Of a stretch of 64,000 nt of DNA, positions 56,893-64,000 are shown one piece after another. The DNA comes from Octopus vulgaris. Its lineage: Eukaryota. Numbering within the stretch: the stretch's first letter is position 1; every line of letters starts with the position of its first letter. The DNA lies in NCBI GenBank assembly GCA_951406725.2, contig OX597834.1:39060001-39124000 (forward strand), in the 5' to 3' direction. The notes beneath the pieces are model-generated. The model ran no database searches and was not told the origin of the DNA. It worked only from the letters and a program-made list of their open reading frames with translations. Both the position numbers and the translations under genes were made by a program.

Positions 56893-57029
56893 GGAGTAAA
56901 CATATAAGTGTGAAACAAAGTGGAAAAAAGAGTACTCAAATACCAGAGATAGAATATATATATATATATCATATGTATATGTGTGTGTGCGTGCGTTTGT
57001 GTGTGTGTGTATACATGTGTGTATACCTA

Positions 57030-57077
<48 letters not shown>

Positions 57078-57721
57078 TAGTATTATCAGCCTTGATCGTA
57101 TATCGACCATGGAAAATAGTGTAATATTTGAGAATATTTTTCCTGTAACGGAAAAATTGGGCGTTCGTACACACATGTACATATGTGTATTTCTAACGGG
57201 CAGCGTGGCGAAGTTGATCACCGGCGGAACTTCGAAGTTACTGATAATTCTTATCTTATATAAATAAACCATATAAGCAATTTAAATGTTTTGAGCGCTC
57301 TTTTAGATAACGTTTGGCCGTATTACTCTTGTTCATAAAACACATACATATACAAATACATGTATGTTTGTATACCTACATATATGTATGCATGTATGTA
57401 TGTTTGCATGTATGTAACGTAAAGCAATAGAGATTTGGAATCCGGGTAGGTACCCTGTTAATACTTGAATCCTTACCTCGCTTCATCCATCCGAATGGGT
57501 AAAAAAAGCCTAGAACAATGTTACATGCAAATGTCTAACTTTGATAAATATATACTGCAGCTGAATCAACTAAATTGCATAAATGCTACATCAAAGGACA
57601 TTAGGAGACTTGTCCTGTAGAAACACGTGTCGTATTGGAATTTAATGAGAATAATATTGTAATAGACAAATTTTGAAGATGTATGAACCTCCATTCTTCT
57701 TTATGATGGCTTGAATACATG

Positions 57722-57764
<43 letters not shown>

Positions 57765-58520
57765 ACACTCAGCATTTAAGATTAACAACGCTACCAACTG
57801 TTTCATGCGTGTATTTTCACAATTTTTCATATAGAGGAAAAAAGTTAGTGGAAGTATGGTAGACAGTATGATGAACTGTACCAGTGATTTGAAAGGAGCA
57901 GTCATAATATATAAATATATATACAGTTTAGACTTCTTTCACTTTGAAAATGAAATTTATTGTGTATTTATAGCTTCTTGAAATTATCCCCCCTTTTCCC
58001 TAAGAGATGTTAACAATTAACGCCAGGTTTTTGTTTTTCTCTCTCCAACCATGTCGTTCCATATATCAACCGCTAACTGAATGTACTCAGCTAATTTTGT
58101 AAGTGTTTCAGCAGTGTAATTAATATTGGTTTATTAATCAATTATTTATTTAGAATTCTATTGTCTGATTGACGTGTATTGTATAGATCATGTACTGGGT
58201 GACCTTACTAGACATTACTATGTCTCATGGGATTCGATATCACAAACAAAACTACGATATACTTGTAACCAGTTATATGGAATTCCACAGTGTGTCTCAG
58301 TCATCAGTCGTCAACTGTATGGCTGTCAGGATAACTAATCTGTTGTCATCGTCGTCGTCGTCATCATCATCATCATCATCGCTATCATCATCACCGCCAC
58401 CACCACCACAACCACCACCATCATCATCATCGTCATCTTCATTATCGTCCTAGTCGGCATCGTTGTCGGTGAAAGCACATTCGTTTTTCTCACAACAGGG
58501 CAAATTTCCTTAATGTATCC

Positions 58521-58562
58521 ACATAGACAGGTCGGTGAATGGAGAGGTAGGAAGGGAGTACA

Positions 58563-58635
<73 letters not shown>

Positions 58636-58701
58636 GTACAAATATATATATATATATGTATATATATATGTACATATATATATATATATGTACATATATA
58701 T

Positions 58702-58742
<41 letters not shown>

Positions 58743-58780
58743 TATATACATATATATATATACATGTATATATATATTCA

Positions 58781-58811
<31 letters not shown>

Positions 58812-58856
58812 GCATATACTCCCTTGCTACATCTCCATCCACCGACCTTTCTATGT
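58521..58856. repeat. inverted repeat (~45-bp arms) around a ~245-bp (TA)-rich core
   Basis: acatagacaggtcggtgaatggagaggtaggaagggagtacatgcat vs reverse complement acatagaaaggtcggtggatggagatgtagcaagggagtatatgcat. Confidence 0.9.
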
Positions 58857-58861
58857 TTACA

Positions 58862-58897
<36 letters not shown>

Positions 58898-59204
58898 TGC
58901 AAAGAGAGAGGGGGAGTGGTAGACAGGACAGGTATGTAGGTAGAATTTTGACAGGTAGGCAGGTTGGTGGGTGGCAGATCGTTTAGGTAGATATGTGGGC
59001 AAGTGAATAATAAAACGGCAATTAGGGATGTGGGAAGTGAGGGGAATATGTTTGTGGTGGATAGGTAGGTAACAAGGGAGGTTAGGTGCGTATAGGTGGG
59101 TAGATAGGTAAGTAGATGAATAAATAGGTAGATAAATAGATAGACAGAAAAACAGGCAGACAAACAGATAGACAGACAGACGGACAAAAAGATAGATAGA
59201 TAAC

Positions 59205-59235
<31 letters not shown>

Positions 59236-59362
59236 TTAGGCAGATAGATAGACAGACAGACAGACAGATAGATAAATAGATAGATGATAGATAGATATAT
59301 AATCAGACAGCCAGACAGAAAAACAGAGACACTCAGACAAAGAGATAGATAGACAGACAGAT

Positions 59363-59441
<79 letters not shown>

Positions 59442-59455
59442 AAGAGAGGGAGAGG

Positions 59456-59512
<57 letters not shown>

Positions 59513-59693
59513 TGATAGATAGATTGATAGATATATAGATAGTAAAATGCGCAAATATATATGACAATAATCTAGAAAATACAATGTAGAAATATGGAGG
59601 AGAAGAAAAGTGAAAAAGTTCAAAGAAAAAGAAAAATCAGGAAAAATGGAGAATGACAGACTTAAGAATGGCAGGATGCTAGGCTTGTTGTTG

Positions 59694-59725
<32 letters not shown>

Positions 59726-60039
59726 AATAGAGGTGGAGGGGGAACTAGTGTACTTTGAAAGTGTTCGTGTTGTGACAATGTTATTGAAAAAAAGTAAAGA
59801 ATTAGTTGTAGCTATTGCTGCTGCTGTTGTTGTTGTTGTTGTTACTGTTGTTGTTGTTACTGTTGTTGTTGTTGCTGTTGTTGTTGTTACTGTTGTTGTT
59901 GTCGTTGTTCGTTTCAACACTGACGCCATTTTTCTCGTATTTTATGTTGTTCCGCGCGTAGTTTATTGAGAGTCAACTTACAAATCGCTCAGTTATTTAC
60001 AAATTTTATACAACAAACTAGCAAATATAAACACGCACG

Positions 60040-60083
<44 letters not shown>

Positions 60084-60327
60084 TTCACGCGAGCAGGCGC
60101 TGGTGGGTGTGCTGTCACGCCCTTCAAAATTCACTAATATACACACAAGCAATGTTTGCATGTACGCCTGTAAGTAGGCTAGAATGTACACATACATACA
60201 TACATATATATATACATACATACAAACATACATAGATATATACATACAAACATACATGCATATATACATACGTATAAAGCTGTATCAGAATATGCATAAA
60301 TTTACCTATCTTTCTAACTGCCACTCG

Positions 60328-60365
<38 letters not shown>

Positions 60366-60431
60366 TTCCCTATGTACTATGTATATATGTATATATGTAA
60401 GTGTGTATGCATATGTATATATACATATATG

Positions 60432-60486
<55 letters not shown>

Positions 60487-60561
60487 ATATATATACATAT
60501 ATATATATACATATACATACATATATATATATATATATATCTACATACATATATATATATG

Positions 60562-60614
<53 letters not shown>

Positions 60615-60647
60615 ACATACATATATATATATATATATACATGTATC

Positions 60648-60697
<50 letters not shown>

Positions 60698-62992
60698 CAT
60701 ATATAAATATACATATATGTATATATACACACATATATATATATACATATATGTATATATACACACATATATATATATATGTGTGTGTGTATGTATGTAT
60801 ATGTGTTCTTCCTCTGAAGACGAAGCTCCAGCTTTAGAATGTAGTTAACAAAAACATTCACTTTTGAATCTTGAGAAAGCTTTACATATTTTAACTGTTC
60901 CACTTACAGATTCTATTTGTAACGTGCGAGTTAGATGGTTGATTTTAGAAAAAAAAGTCATGGGCTTATCCTGATTGTCACTTAGGCATTGACTCCCAAA
61001 ACCAAGAGCACAACTTAATATTAGCGTAAATTTGAATTTCTAATCTAGATACAGAAGCCAGAGGTATCGAAGCAATTCTCCTTTGTTATCCTCTTTCTCT
61101 TCGATTCACGTCAGCAGGTCAGCTGACCTCTATGACGGTGCATACTTCTTTCTTGTCTGTCCCAAACAACAGTGTCCGGCCTCGTTTTGTTTACACTTAA
61201 CATATGTTTTGATGGGAATGTTCCACCACTATTTCTTGCGTTGATGTTTGTGTATATATTCAATAGCAGCGGCATTCTTTATATTTATTCCATAACAGCC
61301 TTTTTCCCGTATGTCTTTGAATATTGTTTTTGCGACAAATATATTTATATATGTAATATGTGTGTGTATATATATATATATATGTAAATGTAATGTATAT
61401 ATAATGTAAAATATGTGTGTGTAATGAATGCATATGAATAACACGCATATACACTCCCACCTGAATATTTGTTTATTAATAGCCTGACATCACAACCACA
61501 ATATACCACAAACGTTTTAATGCAATCACTTATGAAGTTCGCTCTTATTCCCCGGTTGTGTAAAGGTGTGTCTGTATGCACGCGTGTATAAACGTCTCTG
61601 TACGTATGTTTGTATACACGTGTGTGTGACTTTTTACGTGTGTGTATGTTACGTGTATATTTATATATGCACTAGTGTCTTTATGAATATGTGTATATAT
61701 ATATATATATGTGTGTGTGGATGTTCGGATGTTTGCATATCGAGCAGACCGATGGCGAACGATGTCTATAGATTGTGTGTTATCTGCCGGCATGTATCAA
61801 TATACATTTATCGAATTACACTGGGGTCTATTTATGTAACACGCACTCGGACACAAACACAAACACAAGCACAAACACAAACACACACACATTATCTCTC
61901 TCACACACATACACACACTTATACATGTGCATATTCAAGTGGAGAGTCTCTTTATCTCTCCAGCCCTTTCCCCGCTCTCCCCTCTTACGTCCGTGTTTTA
62001 CATTCGTCATTAATTAATGACGGATCCTTGTGAATCCACGCTGTGGTCTTGCGCCTCTCTGGTGTCACGACCATCCTTTTTCTCACCGCTTTTCATGCCA
62101 TTGGCAGTCGTTTATTTATGTAATGACCCTTCACGTCCTTTCTGACCAATCAATTATGCAGTCAGTCATTAACAAGTAAAATTTACTCACACGGAACGGA
62201 CATTACTCGCTGGACATCGGTGAGGCTTCAGATCGTGTCCAGAGACACAAAAACAGAAAGCCGTTTAGCAACGAATGCAAGCCGGACGCTCGCACCACAC
62301 ATCGTTTGACCTCGCTGAATTTACAATTCGTCGTTTATACCAACAAATTGTCGTCCTTTATCATCCCATAAGGTCAATAAAATGCTTTCATACGCCATTT
62401 AATGTCCAGATGCTGTAATGCCATATAACGGTTTTATGTTTGTTCTTCATCCCATCCTTCCTCCCACTTACAATTACACACAGATACCCTCTCTCCCTCA
62501 CGCTCCTCCTTCACTCTCTCCTCCTTTCTCTCCTCATCTCTGTCCCTCTATTTCCATATTCACACCACACCACAATCTCATTCTGTTCCGTTAATGTATT
62601 GTCCAACATGACTGGTTTGGCATGTTATTGGCGGTAATGACATCACCACTAACGCCATTGCTGGACAATGGGCTTTCTCCCATCTTCTCCTTCCTCTCCT
62701 TTAACATCTCCTTCTCCTTTATCTTCTGATGGCATTTCTTATATATTTATTTGTTTGGCCATTTGTTTATTGGTTTGTTTGTTTGTTTGGTCATTTCTTT
62801 CTTTATTTGTTGTCCTTTGCTTTTACGAGCATCGTTTTGTAGTCATGTATGTCATCGGGGTTTATGGCAAGCAATCAATCAACTCTCTCCTCCATCTTCT
62901 TTTTGCTTGCTATTATTGACCAGCTCTGGTAACAGACTTTCCCACCAACGCATACATACATGCATACATACGTACGAATTAACACACACACA

Positions 62993-63036
<44 letters not shown>

Positions 63037-63144
63037 CACACACAAACACACACACACACACACACAGATAGATGTGCTTGAGTGTATGTGTATATACACG
63101 CACACACACATACATATAGTGAGATGCGCAAAAATACGTGCGTG

Positions 63145-63194
<50 letters not shown>

Positions 63195-63589
63195 TATGCA
63201 CAGCCACATGTATATGTGCATGTTTGTGTGTGTATGTGTGTGAGAGAGAGAGAGAGAGAAAAGAGAGAGGGATAAAATGTGGGAAACATAAAAACATGTT
63301 ACATATATATGTATTATAATAAATATAAATTTAAACGTATTTGTTATGTACTTATGTGGAAATACAGGCCTGTATGCATTTATATATATATATGTGTGTG
63401 TGTGTATATATCTCTGTATTATCAAAATATTTATGTAATTTACGCTCTAGCGCTCCATGTATATTCATTTATCGATCGTTTTCCCAAACTGTTACGGAAA
63501 AATGAATACATATTGATATATTTCGAAAAATATCTCTTTGTGTGTGGATGTACGTTTGTGTTTGGGTCTATATATGTATGCATGAGTCT

Positions 63590-63646
<57 letters not shown>

Positions 63647-63944
63647 TGTATGTGTGTATGTGTGTGCGTAAAGCTCTCCAGTTGGAGAAACACTTCGTTA
63701 AGCGAATGAAAATTGTCAGTGTATTGTATGGCCCATGTGTGTGTCTAGTTACCATGTAAAATAACTCCTCAAGGCTTAATATCTAAATTTATATCATCCA
63801 GAAGGCCCCCAGTAGTTATTTACACTTACAATGAAGTTTTTTTCTGTTATGTATATATATATATATACGTGTGTCTGTATGTGCATGTGAGCGTATATGT
63901 GTGTATTATATATATGTATGCATGTATGTATGTATGCATATATA

Positions 63945-64000
63945 GGCGCAGGAGTGGCTGTGTCCCACTGCGTGGGCCAACCAGGTCCTTGTGACCGAAT
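63945..64000 (+). mobile_element. SINE family B head, deleted, at window edge
   Basis: ggcgcaggagtggctgtg..cccactgcgtgg. Confidence 0.7.

Noticed and set aside
60810-60885. CTGAAGA..GAAAGCTT hammerhead candidate
   Set aside because: No stem I or stem II pairing found

Overview
Eukaryotic, AT-rich, microsatellite-saturated non-coding DNA (intergenic or intronic). It is most likely from an octopus, judged from the density of (TA)n/(CA)n/(TACA)n/(GATA)n tracts and from tRNA-derived SINEs resembling octopus families; this is inference from recall, not a search. No intact protein-coding gene, rRNA, tRNA or CRISPR array is supportable, and nearly all ORFs in the track are microsatellite read-throughs. 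The window holds about 30 copies or fragments of at least four SINE families (here A-D), three with clear 12-18 bp TSDs. It also holds decayed transposon coding fragments (R4/Dong-type RLE LINE, mariner transposase, Penelope GIY-YIG, possible CR1/L2 3' end) and several MITEs. The most notable signal is a set of Penelope-type minimal type I hammerhead ribozyme motifs with palindromic stem III: one apparently intact copy (4370-4432, minus) inside a 118-nt partial tandem repeat that could form a dimeric hammerhead, one near-intact copy (34693-34791, minus) and several decayed ones. Other unusual features are a ~233-bp tandem module with YY1/ETS/RFX/TATA-like motifs (51.3-52.1 kb), a MITE with octamer+CCAAT in its TIRs nested in a SINE, and fold-back inverted duplications centred on (TA)n tracts. 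Coordinates of degenerate repeats are approximate.
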